A DNA stretch of 39,663 bases from Candidatus Woesearchaeota archaeon. Its GTDB lineage: Archaea; Nanobdellota; Nanobdellia; SCGC-AAA011-G17; GW2011-AR17. Positions within the stretch are counted from its first letter, which is position 1. The number at the start of each line of letters is the position of its first letter. Position numbers and translations under genes: made by a program. The DNA is taken from positions 1 through 39,663 of the forward strand of contig JAGVZZ010000019.1 of NCBI GenBank assembly GCA_018302205.1, read 5' to 3'. Of this stretch, positions 23,660-32,806 are shown piece by piece. The notes beneath the pieces are model-generated. The model was not told the DNA's origin, did no database searches, and saw only the letters and a program-made list of their open reading frames with translations.

Positions 23660-26600
23660 ATGACTTATAATATTATTATTGGAAGAAGCGACTCCGATAG
23701 AAAAAAGTTTGGTGACAAAGGAACAATCCTCATAGGCCGTTCTTATGTTAAAATGGGCCAAACCACAACCTTATCAAATTATGTTTATATGGATGTAATC
23801 AAATCACATGTAGTATTGGTTGTTGGTAAGAGAGGTTCTGGCAAATGCCTTTTAGGAGATACTTTAATTCCATTAGAAGATGGAACTCTAATCCCAATAA
23901 AAGATTTAGCCACCAAAAATAAAAAAATATATAGCCTAAACCCAGAATTAAAAATCAAAAAAACCGAAAAAGAAGACTTTTTTGAAAGAACCGTAAATAA
24001 AATAATTAAACTAAAATTTAGGTCTGGAAAAGAAATAGAACTAACACCAGAACATCCATTATTAACCTTAAAGGGTTGGAAACCAGCAAATCAATTATCA
24101 TTAAAAAGCAGAATAGCTACCCCCAGAAAAATACCTTCTTTTGGAGATGAAAAATTAGAAGAATATAGAATTAAAATATTAGCATACTTAATTACAGAAG
24201 GTCACATTAGACAAAGTTGGGTTTTATTTAGTAATAGTGATCCAAAAATAAATCAAGATTTTAAAACATCAATAAAACAATTTAACCCTGAACTCCAAAT
24301 TAAAGATCATGAAAAAAATGATTTAAGAGTCTGCAATAATGATAATAGATACAGCTTTAAACCGAATCCCATAAAATCATGGTTAAAAGAATTAGGCATT
24401 TATGGAAAATATGCTACAGAAAAATGGATTCCGGAAATAATTTTTAAATTACCTAAAGAAAATTTAGCACTCTTTTTGAATAGACTATTTAGTTGTGATG
24501 GAAGTATTTACTATAATAATAGTAGAAATGGATGGGAAATATCATATTCTTCATCATCTGAAAAATTAATCAAAGAGGTTCAACATTTACTATTAAGATT
24601 TGAAATTTTATCAAAACTAAGAACAAAAAAAATCAAATATAAAGGAGAATATGTAATTAGTTATGAAATCGTAATAAATTCTTCAGAAGGACTAAAATTC
24701 ATTAATGATATTGGATTCTTTGGGATTAAAGAACAAAATGCCTCTAAAATGGCAAAAGAAGTAATTGAAATTAAAACTAATCCAAATGTTGATACAATAC
24801 CAAAAGAAATATGGGACATTTACCATCCAAAAAATTGGGCTGAAATCGGAAGATATTTTGGGTATGCACATCCAAAGGCAATGCGTGAAAGAATAAAATA
24901 TTGCCCTTCTAGAGAAACATTATTATATATCTCACAAGCTGAACAAAATGAATTTATTAAAACAATAGCCGAATCAGAAATATTCTGGGATGAAATAACT
25001 TCAATTGAAGAAAAAGAAGGTGACTTTAAAGTTTATGATATTAGTGTACCAAGCAATCATAATTTTATTGCAAATGACATCATTGTACATAATTCGTACT
25101 CATCCTCAGTAATCACAGAAGGAATCATTGATCTCCCTAATGAGATTGCAAACAACTTATCTGTAATCATGCTTGATACCATGGGCGTTTTCTGGACCAT
25201 GAAATACCCCAACGAAAAAGACGCACAATTATTAGAACAATGGGACCTCAAACCAAAAGGCCTAGAAAAAATAAAAATCTTCACACCAATCGGTATGTAC
25301 GAATATTCCAAATCAATCGGCATCCCAACTGACGCCCCATTCTCAATCAAAGCTTCTGAATTATCAGGTGAAGACTGGCGTCTAGCATTCGAGCTTTCCA
25401 CTTCACATCCTGTTTCAATCTTAATCGATAAAATATTGGGCGACTTAGCAGACCTAAGAAAAGAAAACTTCAATGTTGACGACATAATGACATTGATTGA
25501 GCGAGACAAAACTTTCTCTAATGATACAAAGAACGAAGCTATGAACAGATTCAAAAGTTCAAAGAGTTGGGGTTTATTTTCAGATGAAGGAACAAAAGTT
25601 GATGTCCTCATTAACCGTGGCGCAGTCTCAGTATTAGACATGTCCGCTTACGCAACTTCCTCTGGTGGCTGGGGAATCAAAGCATTAGTAGTAGGAATAA
25701 TCGCAAAAAAAGTTTTCATTGAAAGAATGCTCTCTAGAAAATTAGATGAAATCGAATCAATTCGAACAGGTTATTCATATTTCAAAATTAAAGAAGAAGT
25801 CAATAAAGATCAAAAGCCATTAGTTTGGTTTGTTCTAGATGAATGTCTCCCAAGAAATACAAAAATATATACAAATAAAGGGATTATCTCCTTAAAAAAG
25901 GTTATTCAAGAATATAAAAAAGGAAATGAATTGAAAGCTTTTTCATATAATCAAAAAACCAAAGAATTTACTTTTGAAAAAATAACTAAATTCTATGAAA
26001 AAGGAACTAAAGAATTAATTAAAATAAAAACAGAAACCGGAAAAGAAATAACTTGTACCCCAGAACATAAGATTTTAACATCTCAAGGATTCAAAGAAGC
26101 AAATTTATCTAATGAAATAGGAACACCATTAGAATATAACTATAGCAAACAAACTAAATTAATTACAGCAAGATTACTTGGCTCTATTTTTAGTGATGGT
26201 TACCTTGCAACTTCAGGAAAAATAGTTGGATTTAGTGGAAAAGGGAATGATCGAGATCTTACAAAAATTAAAGAAGATCTCAAAGAATTAGGTTTTTCAA
26301 GTAGTCAAATTTATACGAGACAAACTAAATCTAAAATAATAGATATTAATGGAAAAGAAGCTATAGTCAATGGAATCAGTCAAGAAGTTACTTCAAGCAC
26401 TAATTGTCATAAATATTTTTCAAAACTTGGAGCACCAATAGGAAAAAAAATACTTACAAATCTAAGTATCCCTAAATGGTTACTTAAATCCTCAAAAGAA
26501 GAAAAAGCCGAATTTTTAGCTGCACTTCTTGGGGGAGATGGCAGTAAAATAAGTGTTAATATAAATTGTAAAAGAGACTTTAATGCAATACGCTTAAGTT

Positions 26601-27580
26601 TCAATTATTTAAGAGTTAACCAAAACCAAGCAAATCAATATGCTCAAGAAATAATTCATTTGTTCAAGTCATTTAATATTAAAGCGAAAAAATCTCAACG
26701 CCCAGGCAACATTCGCAAAGATGGTAATGTTTCAAAAAAAATTGTGATTACTATTGACAAAGAAACAAATAATATGATCAATTTCCTAGAAAATATTGGT
26801 TATAGATATTGTGAAAAAAAAGAAAAAGCTGCAAAAGAATGGCTCACATATCTAAAAGCAAAGAATAATGATTTAATCTTAAATAATCAATTAAAAAATA
26901 AAGCTATAAATTTACATAAAACAAAAGGATTTGGTAAACACAAGATTGCAAAACTTCTCAATGTAGAAATTTATAGAGTTAGATACTGGATATACTTTAA
27001 TATAAAAACAAGAGCCAGAAATTCATTTGAAAATTTTGAAGATTGGATTAAAAGTAGAAAAAAAGAAAATATTATTTATGAAAGGATCATAGAAAAAAAA
27101 GAAGTTAAAAAAGATAAAGTTTACGATATTTCAGTTGAAAATAATCATAACTTTATTGCAGAAGAATTCATAGTTCATAATTGTCATGAGTTGCTCCCAT
27201 CATCAGGAAAAACAGCAGCAACTGATGCATTAGTTACAATATTAAGAGAAGGTCGTCAACCTGGAATCTCATTATTATTAATTACCCAACAACCGGGAAA
27301 AATTCACTCAGATGTTTTAACTCAATCAGATATAGTATTAGCACATAGACTAACTTCAAAATTAGATGTTGATGCTTTCAACTCAATGATGCAATCTTAT
27401 CTAGGCGACACATTAACAAATTTTTTAAACATTCTTCCTGCAGATTCAGGAGCAGCAATAATCTTAGACGATAACTCCGAACGTCTATATCCAATACAAG
27501 TCCGTCCAAAAGTATCCTGGCACGGAGGAGAATCACCAACTGCAATCAAATTCGAGAGGTCAAAGAATTTAGGAATATGA
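23660..27580 (+). CDS. HerA/DUF87-type P-loop ATPase precursor containing two inteins
   Basis: Extein sequence is VVLVVGKRGSGK|SYSS (Walker A), VWFVLDE|CHELLP (Walker B, DEAH-like), and REGRQPGISLLLITQQPGKIHSDVLTQSDIVLAHRL. The extein totals about 444 aa. The start is taken as ATG 23660; the ORF track begins at TTG 23621. Confidence 0.8.
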   Translation: MTYNIIIGRSDSDRKKFGDKGTILIGRSYVKMGQTTTLSNYVYMDVIKSHVVLVVGKRGSGKCLLGDTLIPLEDGTLIPIKDLATKNKKIYSLNPELKIKKTEKEDFFERTVNKIIKLKFRSGKEIELTPEHPLLTLKGWKPANQLSLKSRIATPRKIPSFGDEKLEEYRIKILAYLITEGHIRQSWVLFSNSDPKINQDFKTSIKQFNPELQIKDHEKNDLRVCNNDNRYSFKPNPIKSWLKELGIYGKYATEKWIPEIIFKLPKENLALFLNRLFSCDGSIYYNNSRNGWEISYSSSSEKLIKEVQHLLLRFEILSKLRTKKIKYKGEYVISYEIVINSSEGLKFINDIGFFGIKEQNASKMAKEVIEIKTNPNVDTIPKEIWDIYHPKNWAEIGRYFGYAHPKAMRERIKYCPSRETLLYISQAEQNEFIKTIAESEIFWDEITSIEEKEGDFKVYDISVPSNHNFIANDIIVHNSYSSSVITEGIIDLPNEIANNLSVIMLDTMGVFWTMKYPNEKDAQLLEQWDLKPKGLEKIKIFTPIGMYEYSKSIGIPTDAPFSIKASELSGEDWRLAFELSTSHPVSILIDKILGDLADLRKENFNVDDIMTLIERDKTFSNDTKNEAMNRFKSSKSWGLFSDEGTKVDVLINRGAVSVLDMSAYATSSGGWGIKALVVGIIAKKVFIERMLSRKLDEIESIRTGYSYFKIKEEVNKDQKPLVWFVLDECLPRNTKIYTNKGIISLKKVIQEYKKGNELKAFSYNQKTKEFTFEKITKFYEKGTKELIKIKTETGKEITCTPEHKILTSQGFKEANLSNEIGTPLEYNYSKQTKLITARLLGSIFSDGYLATSGKIVGFSGKGNDRDLTKIKEDLKELGFSSSQIYTRQTKSKIIDINGKEAIVNGISQEVTSSTNCHKYFSKLGAPIGKKILTNLSIPKWLLKSSKEEKAEFLAALLGGDGSKISVNINCKRDFNAIRLSFNYLRVNQNQANQYAQEIIHLFKSFNIKAKKSQRPGNIRKDGNVSKKIVITIDKETNNMINFLENIGYRYCEKKEKAAKEWLTYLKAKNNDLILNNQLKNKAINLHKTKGFGKHKIAKLLNVEIYRVRYWIYFNIKTRARNSFENFEDWIKSRKKENIIYERIIEKKEVKKDKVYDISVENNHNFIAEEFIVHNCHELLPSSGKTAATDALVTILREGRQPGISLLLITQQPGKIHSDVLTQSDIVLAHRLTSKLDVDAFNSMMQSYLGDTLTNFLNILPADSGAAIILDDNSERLYPIQVRPKVSWHGGESPTAIKFERSKNLGI
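23846..25093 (+). mobile_element. Intein 1 (416 aa, LAGLIDADG endonuclease) inserted in the Walker A motif
   Basis: Cys1 CLLGDTLI, block B LTPEHPLL, LAGLIDADG motifs ILAYLITEGH and LFLNRLFSCDGS, terminal IIVHN followed by Ser+1. Confidence 0.9.
25844..27181 (+). mobile_element. Intein 2 (446 aa, LAGLIDADG endonuclease) inserted in the Walker B motif
   Basis: Cys1 CLPRNTKI, block B CTPEHKIL, LAGLIDADG motifs ARLLGSIFSDGY and FLAALLGGDGS, terminal FIVHN followed by Cys+1. Confidence 0.9.
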
Positions 27581-27910
27581 AAACATTAAAATTTACAGAA
27601 GAATTATGTAATTTAATTATTGCAAAAAAAAAAAAACACTACTTGGAGATTATTTGACGATAAAAATCTTACAAAAGAGGATATATTTATTTTAATAAAT
27701 AAAAATACATTAAAAGAATTTGCAATAGGAAAAATAATTTCAATTAGAATGAGAACATTTGGTAAACTTACAAAAAAAGATTGGAAAGGACATGAAAAAT
27801 TTTCATCTGAAAATGCAATGTACACCACATATTCAGGATATTATAAACAAAAAGTAACTAAAGACACACAAGTAAAGGTTATAAAATTTAAAATTGAAAA
27901 AATCATATAA
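27577..27910 (+). CDS. ASCH (PUA-like) domain protein, split by a frame change within an A13 tract
   Basis: ATG 27577 overlaps the ATPase stop (ATGA) and encodes MKTLKFTEELCNLIIAKKKK. After A13 (27624-27636) the +1 frame reads TTWRLFDDKNL...GHEKFSSENAMYTTYSGYY. Together these resemble an intact ASCH domain of about 110 aa. Confidence 0.6.
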
Positions 27911-27949
27911 ATCTAAAAGTTTTTAACTAATTAATTATTTCTTAAGAAT

Positions 27950-28579
27950 ATGCAAATCAAAAATATTATCTTCGACTGGTCAGGAACATTAAGTGATGAT
28001 TTTACTTGCGTTTATGAAGCATCAATGTTAGTTTTTAACAAATTAGGCAGAAAATCAATTTCGAAAGAAGAATATAAAAGAGAATTTGTTTTGCTTTATA
28101 TGAGATTCTGGAATAAATATTTCCCTGATTTAACTAAAGAAAAAGGAGATAAATTATATTTAGAAGCAATAAATCAAGTTAAAGAACCAACAATTTATCC
28201 TCAAGTAAAAGAAGAATTAGAAAAATTAAAATCATTAGGAATTAACATGATTATTATTAATTCTCATCCACAAGAAAAGCTAATTAAAGAAGCAAAAAAT
28301 TACAAAGTTCAAAACTTATTCAAAGAAATCAATGGAAGTGTAGCTGATAAGACTGAAATTATTCATGAAATATTAAAAAGAAATAAATTCAATAATACCG
28401 AAACAGTTTATGTTGGAGACATGACCCACGATATTGATGCTGGAAAAAAAGCAGAAGTAACAACAATCGCTATTGGTTGGGGTTATGAAACAAAAGAAAA
28501 ACTAATGCAAGCTCAACCAAACTATTACATAGAAAATATTACAAAATTAGATAAAACCTTAAATCTAAACAAACAATAA
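27950..28579 (+). CDS. HAD-superfamily hydrolase (phosphatase-like)
   Basis: Motif I IIFDWSGTL (the second Asp is replaced by Ser), motif II IINSH, motif III/IV K...YVGDMTHDIDAG. Confidence 0.75.
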   Translation: MQIKNIIFDWSGTLSDDFTCVYEASMLVFNKLGRKSISKEEYKREFVLLYMRFWNKYFPDLTKEKGDKLYLEAINQVKEPTIYPQVKEELEKLKSLGINMIIINSHPQEKLIKEAKNYKVQNLFKEINGSVADKTEIIHEILKRNKFNNTETVYVGDMTHDIDAGKKAEVTTIAIGWGYETKEKLMQAQPNYYIENITKLDKTLNLNKQ

Positions 28580-28580
28580 A

Positions 28581-29153
28581 ATGGGCTACGATAGACAAGA
28601 TCACTATTACAACAAAGCAAAGCGCGAAGGTTTCCGTGCACGTTCTTCATACAAATTAATAGAAATTCAAAAAAAATATACAATCATAAAACCAGACGAT
28701 TCTGTTTTAGATATTGGTTGCGCCCCCGGTTCTTGGTTACAATTTGTCAAACAGAGAACTAAAGGTAAAATATTAGGTATCGATTTAACTTCCATAAAAC
28801 CGATTGAAGGTGTAGAATTCATTCATGGAGATATTAATGATAAAGAAATCCAAAAAAAAATAATCCGCAAATTCAACATCGTCCTTTCTGATATTGCACC
28901 AAAAACTTCGGGTATGCGCGAACGCGACCAATACATATCTTACCAACTATCCAGAGAATCATTCCTTATTGCAAAGAAAGCATTGAAACCGAAAGGCAAC
29001 TTTGTAGTCAAGACATTCCAATCTCAAGAAACAGAAAAATTAGTAAAAGAAATAAAACCCTATTTTGAATTTGTAAAAAGATATGTTCCTCAATCAACAC
29101 GAGAAGGTTCAAAAGAAATTTTTATTGTCGCATTAGGATTCAAAAATCAATAA
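28581..29153 (+). CDS. rlmE: FtsJ/RlmE-type rRNA 2'-O-ribose methyltransferase
   Basis: RSSYKLIEI, VLDIGCAPGSW, VLSDIAPKTSG, and VVKTFQ containing the catalytic K. Confidence 0.9.
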   Translation: MGYDRQDHYYNKAKREGFRARSSYKLIEIQKKYTIIKPDDSVLDIGCAPGSWLQFVKQRTKGKILGIDLTSIKPIEGVEFIHGDINDKEIQKKIIRKFNIVLSDIAPKTSGMRERDQYISYQLSRESFLIAKKALKPKGNFVVKTFQSQETEKLVKEIKPYFEFVKRYVPQSTREGSKEIFIVALGFKNQ

Positions 29154-29938
29154 CCTTCTAAAATTTTTCTTACAATTTTAGCAATATCAATTTTAACAAC
29201 CTCCATCACTTTATGAGTTTGTTCATGACTTACAACCATATCACTAACTCCCTGTGCATAATTTACATTCGAACACACCGCAGCAAAAGGCATTTTCATT
29301 TGTTGGCATAACAATAATTCAGGAACAGTAGTCATTCCAACAAGCCTATCACCACAAAAAGTACTCGTCAATATAATCAAAGCTTGGATTTCACTTGAAC
29401 TCTCAAACGTATCTCCTCCATTATAAATATATAACCCTCCATCTCTACCTTCACAAGGAACATCACGTATAGCATCAAGAGCTCTTTGTCTAAGTTTCGA
29501 ATTAAATGGTTCCCCCATAGGAGTATGCACATTCATTGCATCAGGGCCAAAAGAATGTTGCGAAGCAGCAAACCCTCTCAAATAATCATTAGGAACAATA
29601 AAAGAATGTTGATCTGCTAAAGAAACAGAATCATCTAGAACACCAACAGCACTGAATGCATAAACCTGATCTACCCCTTGACTATATAATTCCCAAACAT
29701 TAGCCTCATATCCACGAGTCCTAACTAACTCCGAAGGTGACCGAATAGGCTGCCCATTCAAATCTCCATGCCTTGGAAAAAGAACTACTTCAATACCATT
29801 AAATCTACCAGTTTTGTAAGCAAGAAATTCACCGAATTTATTACTTCCTCTACCATTAGAAACAATACTACCCTCATCTAAAATCGAATCTAAACAATCA
29901 ACTAATCCAGATCCTAAAATAAACCCAATTTTAACCAT
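29147..29938 (-). CDS. mtnP: Purine nucleoside / 5'-methylthioadenosine phosphorylase family protein
   Basis: IGFILGSGL, FPRHG, and GMTTVPELLLCQQMKMPFAAVCSNVNYA match the PNP/MTAP trimeric family pattern. Confidence 0.8.
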   Translation of the reverse strand: MVKIGFILGSGLVDCLDSILDEGSIVSNGRGSNKFGEFLAYKTGRFNGIEVVLFPRHGDLNGQPIRSPSELVRTRGYEANVWELYSQGVDQVYAFSAVGVLDDSVSLADQHSFIVPNDYLRGFAASQHSFGPDAMNVHTPMGEPFNSKLRQRALDAIRDVPCEGRDGGLYIYNGGDTFESSSEIQALIILTSTFCGDRLVGMTTVPELLLCQQMKMPFAAVCSNVNYAQGVSDMVVSHEQTHKVMEVVKIDIAKIVRKILEGY

Positions 29939-29960
29939 AAAAATAAAAATTAATAACTAG

Positions 29961-29968
29961 TTTATAAA
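29961..29968 (-). promoter_or_regulatory. TATA box (TTTATAAA), 23 nt upstream of the ATG at 29938
   Basis: Motif and spacing. Confidence 0.45.
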
Positions 29969-29969
29969 A

Positions 29970-30203
29970 CTACATCTTTTCCAAAGCTTTAGTCATTAAA
30001 GGAATAACAGCTTCAGCTTCTTCTTTAGTCATTCTTCCTAACTTATTGAATGAGTAATCACCTTCAGAGGACCTATTCTCTCTTGAGATCTGTAATTTTG
30101 GAATACCATTATTGTATGCAAATACACCAACAGTAATTTTTGTCGTTTCAAATTCAACTTCTTCATGAAAAAGTTCTTTATCCAATGTTTTATCAAATGC
30201 CAT
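29970..30203 (-). CDS. Small PC4/YdbC-like ssDNA-binding protein (tentative)
   Basis: 77 aa. The pattern ITVGVFAYNNGIPKLQISRE...FNKLGRMTKEEAEAV resembles prokaryotic PC4-like proteins. Confidence 0.4.
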   Translation of the reverse strand: MAFDKTLDKELFHEEVEFETTKITVGVFAYNNGIPKLQISRENRSSEGDYSFNKLGRMTKEEAEAVIPLMTKALEKM

Positions 30204-30338
30204 AGAGATTAAAATTTTTAGAGATTATAAAAACCTTTCTGAAAATTTTCCGGAAAATCCTAGTAAACCCTTTTTAAGCAATTTTTTGTAACTAACACTG
30301 AAAGTCTAGACTTCTTCAAGCATTGGGAGGTGCTTAAT

Positions 30339-30830
30339 ATGTTAGAGAACTTAGTGCGAACTGCAATCAGAAAAGAAAATTTAGACATTAATTATGACGG
30401 CTACACGGCAACAAACCATTTTGGTTGGAAATACAAAGTTTCAATCGAACAAGGCGAATCTTGTTTTGATGTTCCGTATATCAAACCACTAGAACAAAAA
30501 ATAGTATTAAAAACCGGTTGCGAAGTTTCCGACCAAGGCAAATATTTAGCCCATTCATTAGCCCACGAGTTAGGCCATTCAGAAACATTTTTTGTAACAA
30601 CCCCAATATTAGCATTAATCGCATTCGCAGGTTTAAGCAAAGCCTACCATGAAAAATGTATAAAAACATTCCTCTATACATGTGCAACTGTTGCATCGTA
30701 TAGACTAGTTGTTGACGAGGCTGTAGCAGAGATTGCAGCATCAGTCAATCACGGAACAATAATGATGGACTGGCGTGGTGATGTATCCGACATAATCGAT
30801 TTTAGTAGACGTGTTATTGATCTATTTTAA
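30339..30830 (+). CDS. Predicted membrane-associated HExxH metalloprotease-like protein
   Basis: ATG 30339 is preceded by the SD GGGAGGTG (30325-30332). Has SLAHELGHSE (HExxH) followed by hydrophobic segments. Confidence 0.5.
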   Translation: MLENLVRTAIRKENLDINYDGYTATNHFGWKYKVSIEQGESCFDVPYIKPLEQKIVLKTGCEVSDQGKYLAHSLAHELGHSETFFVTTPILALIAFAGLSKAYHEKCIKTFLYTCATVASYRLVVDEAVAEIAASVNHGTIMMDWRGDVSDIIDFSRRVIDLF

Positions 30831-31734
30831 AATCCACACAAATCCTAAACCGCCCTGGAGCATATTGCCCACACTTAACAACTTTCAAAATTTTAGCATT
30901 TTTAATATTCTTTTTAACTTTTTGAATCGCCTTCTCAGGAATATTTTTCTCTTCTAAGAAATCATAGAAATGTATCACTCCATTCTTATTCAATAATCTC
31001 AAAGCAGTTGGTAAAAACGCTTCAGCACTTTTAGGCAAGGGCATTAGAATCCTATCAAACTTTTCAGGATGATTAAACTTCATTGCATCCTCATTAAACA
31101 ATTTAATATTCGAATAATTCCTACAATTATATTCCGCATACTTATGCGCAATCGGATTCTTTTCTACTCCAACAATTAATGAAGGCTTAGCATGCTTCGC
31201 AATAACTAATGGATACGGGGCTACGCCAGAGAATAATACCAAAACTTTTTCTTTATCTTTAACCAAAGACCCGATTCTCATTCTTTCTGTTCCTAACCTT
31301 GGCGAGAAATAACATTTTTCCACATCAAGTTTCATCTGCACCCCATTCTCTCGATACACAGTTTCTTTCCTTTTCTCACCAGCAATATATTCCAGATCTT
31401 GCGTCCTAAATTCACCGTGATGTATTCCAACTTTTCTTAGAACAACTTTAACATTCGCTACATTAATCAATTTCTTCGCTTCAATATCAGAAACATCCTC
31501 ACCAGCAATAACAATATCCCCAATCTTATCATAATTCAATAATTCTAATTTAACCTTCATAACTTTTTCACATTCTTTTTCAACAATTTCATACCCTTTT
31601 ACTTCTTTACTCACAGGAAAATACAAATACTCTCGTCCAGAAACCAACAGATACCCTTTAGCCCACGCATCCAAAGCAATCAATTTCTGTTTTGTTTTTT
31701 GAGCATCCTTCTTCAAAACTTTAACACATTTCAT
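30814..31734 (-). CDS. trm5: tRNA (guanine37-N1)-methyltransferase Trm5/Taw22-like (Met-10+ family)
   Basis: FSPRLGTERMRI, VLVLFSGVAPYPLVIAK, VGVEKNPIAHKY, and DRILMPLPKSAEAFL. Confidence 0.85.
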   Translation of the reverse strand: MKCVKVLKKDAQKTKQKLIALDAWAKGYLLVSGREYLYFPVSKEVKGYEIVEKECEKVMKVKLELLNYDKIGDIVIAGEDVSDIEAKKLINVANVKVVLRKVGIHHGEFRTQDLEYIAGEKRKETVYRENGVQMKLDVEKCYFSPRLGTERMRIGSLVKDKEKVLVLFSGVAPYPLVIAKHAKPSLIVGVEKNPIAHKYAEYNCRNYSNIKLFNEDAMKFNHPEKFDRILMPLPKSAEAFLPTALRLLNKNGVIHFYDFLEEKNIPEKAIQKVKKNIKNAKILKVVKCGQYAPGRFRICVDFKIDQ

Positions 31735-31756
31735 AATGATATTAAATTAAATTGTA

Positions 31757-31764
31757 TTTATAAA
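31757..31764 (-). promoter_or_regulatory. TATA box (TTTATAAA), 23 nt upstream of the trm5 ATG
   Basis: Motif and spacing. Confidence 0.45.
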
Positions 31765-31770
31765 AATAAC

Positions 31771-32775
31771 CTAAAACCACTTACTCAAACTATCTTTGGG
31801 TTTAATCTCTTTTATTTTAGCTAACGTTGCCTCAACTCTTTCTAATGAAAAATCATGCCCATCAACCAAGATTGATTTGACTTTCTCTTCATCCAATCTT
31901 TCCTTCCTCAACACCACATCCTCTACAGGAATTTTCTTAAATGTATTAAAGATTTCTTCCCAATCAAAATCCGTATCAAACCTCGAGAATATTTTTTCAA
32001 AACTTTTTTCCTCATGCAATAATTTCAACGCTTTCTTCGGCCCAATACCATTAACCCCACCCGGATTATAATCTGTTCCTGTTAATATCCCTAATACAAT
32101 CAACTGATCCTGTGTCAAATTATTTTTTTCTAATACATCTTTTAATTCAACCAAATATGGCGCAATAAAAACATACTTCCCGCCAGTAATCTTCCTTTTT
32201 TGTGCCAACGTCAGATTAAAAACTAACTTTTGTGCCCCGAATAACAACGAATCATAATCTTGTGATGCAGACGCCCAGACCACTTTTTTCTGAACCATAT
32301 ACGCACACTGCGCTTCTGCTTCTGATGGCGCTTGAACAACTGGCAACCCTAAAGCATTCAATAATTCCATTGACTCATCAAACATTTTCGTATTCACAAA
32401 TGTTAACTGCTTCGCATACTTACTAGAACTTTCAACATCCTCTCTAACCATCGCCTGATTATACTTATCAAAAGCTTTATCCTTCGCTTCCCTTCTTTTT
32501 ACTCGAACTTTTTCTTTTAGCTCAGGTGCAACTCCATCAAACACAAACACTGGCGTAATCCCTTTTTGCAACAAATTAGGCACACGCGAAAACAACCCAA
32601 CTAAATGCGAAGTCACATCCCCATTCTCATCCATCAACGGCGTCCCATCTTGCTGCCTAATAGAACTCAAAAACTGAAATATAACATTAGAAGCATCCAC
32701 AGAAAGCGTTTTCTCATTCAACTCCTCCCACTTCAAATCTCTTTTCTCGACTAAATCAGAAATTTTTACTCCCAT
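31771..32775 (-). CDS. fen: Flap endonuclease FEN1
   Basis: MGVKISDL, VFVFDG, PSEAEAQCAYM, DYDSLLFG, the H3TH motif GTDYNPGGVNGIGPKKA, and a C-terminal PIP-like SLSKWF. Confidence 0.95.
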   Translation of the reverse strand: MGVKISDLVEKRDLKWEELNEKTLSVDASNVIFQFLSSIRQQDGTPLMDENGDVTSHLVGLFSRVPNLLQKGITPVFVFDGVAPELKEKVRVKRREAKDKAFDKYNQAMVREDVESSSKYAKQLTFVNTKMFDESMELLNALGLPVVQAPSEAEAQCAYMVQKKVVWASASQDYDSLLFGAQKLVFNLTLAQKRKITGGKYVFIAPYLVELKDVLEKNNLTQDQLIVLGILTGTDYNPGGVNGIGPKKALKLLHEEKSFEKIFSRFDTDFDWEEIFNTFKKIPVEDVVLRKERLDEEKVKSILVDGHDFSLERVEATLAKIKEIKPKDSLSKWF

Positions 32776-32798
32776 AATAAAATAAATAATAGAAATTC

Positions 32799-32806
32799 AT
32801 ATAAAT
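32799..32806. promoter_or_regulatory. Single TATA-like element (ATATAAAT) equidistant from the divergent fen (32775) and nuclease (32832) start codons
   Basis: It lies 24 nt from one ATG and 26 nt from the other within a 56-nt spacer. Confidence 0.4.

Noticed and set aside
25057-25641. 194-aa ORF antisense to the ATPase extein between the two inteins
   Set aside because: It lies entirely opposite a strongly conserved coding segment (the Walker A to Walker B core). It has a low-complexity Ser-rich sequence and no promoter or start context, so it is a typical shadow ORF of a relatively G+C-rich coding region.
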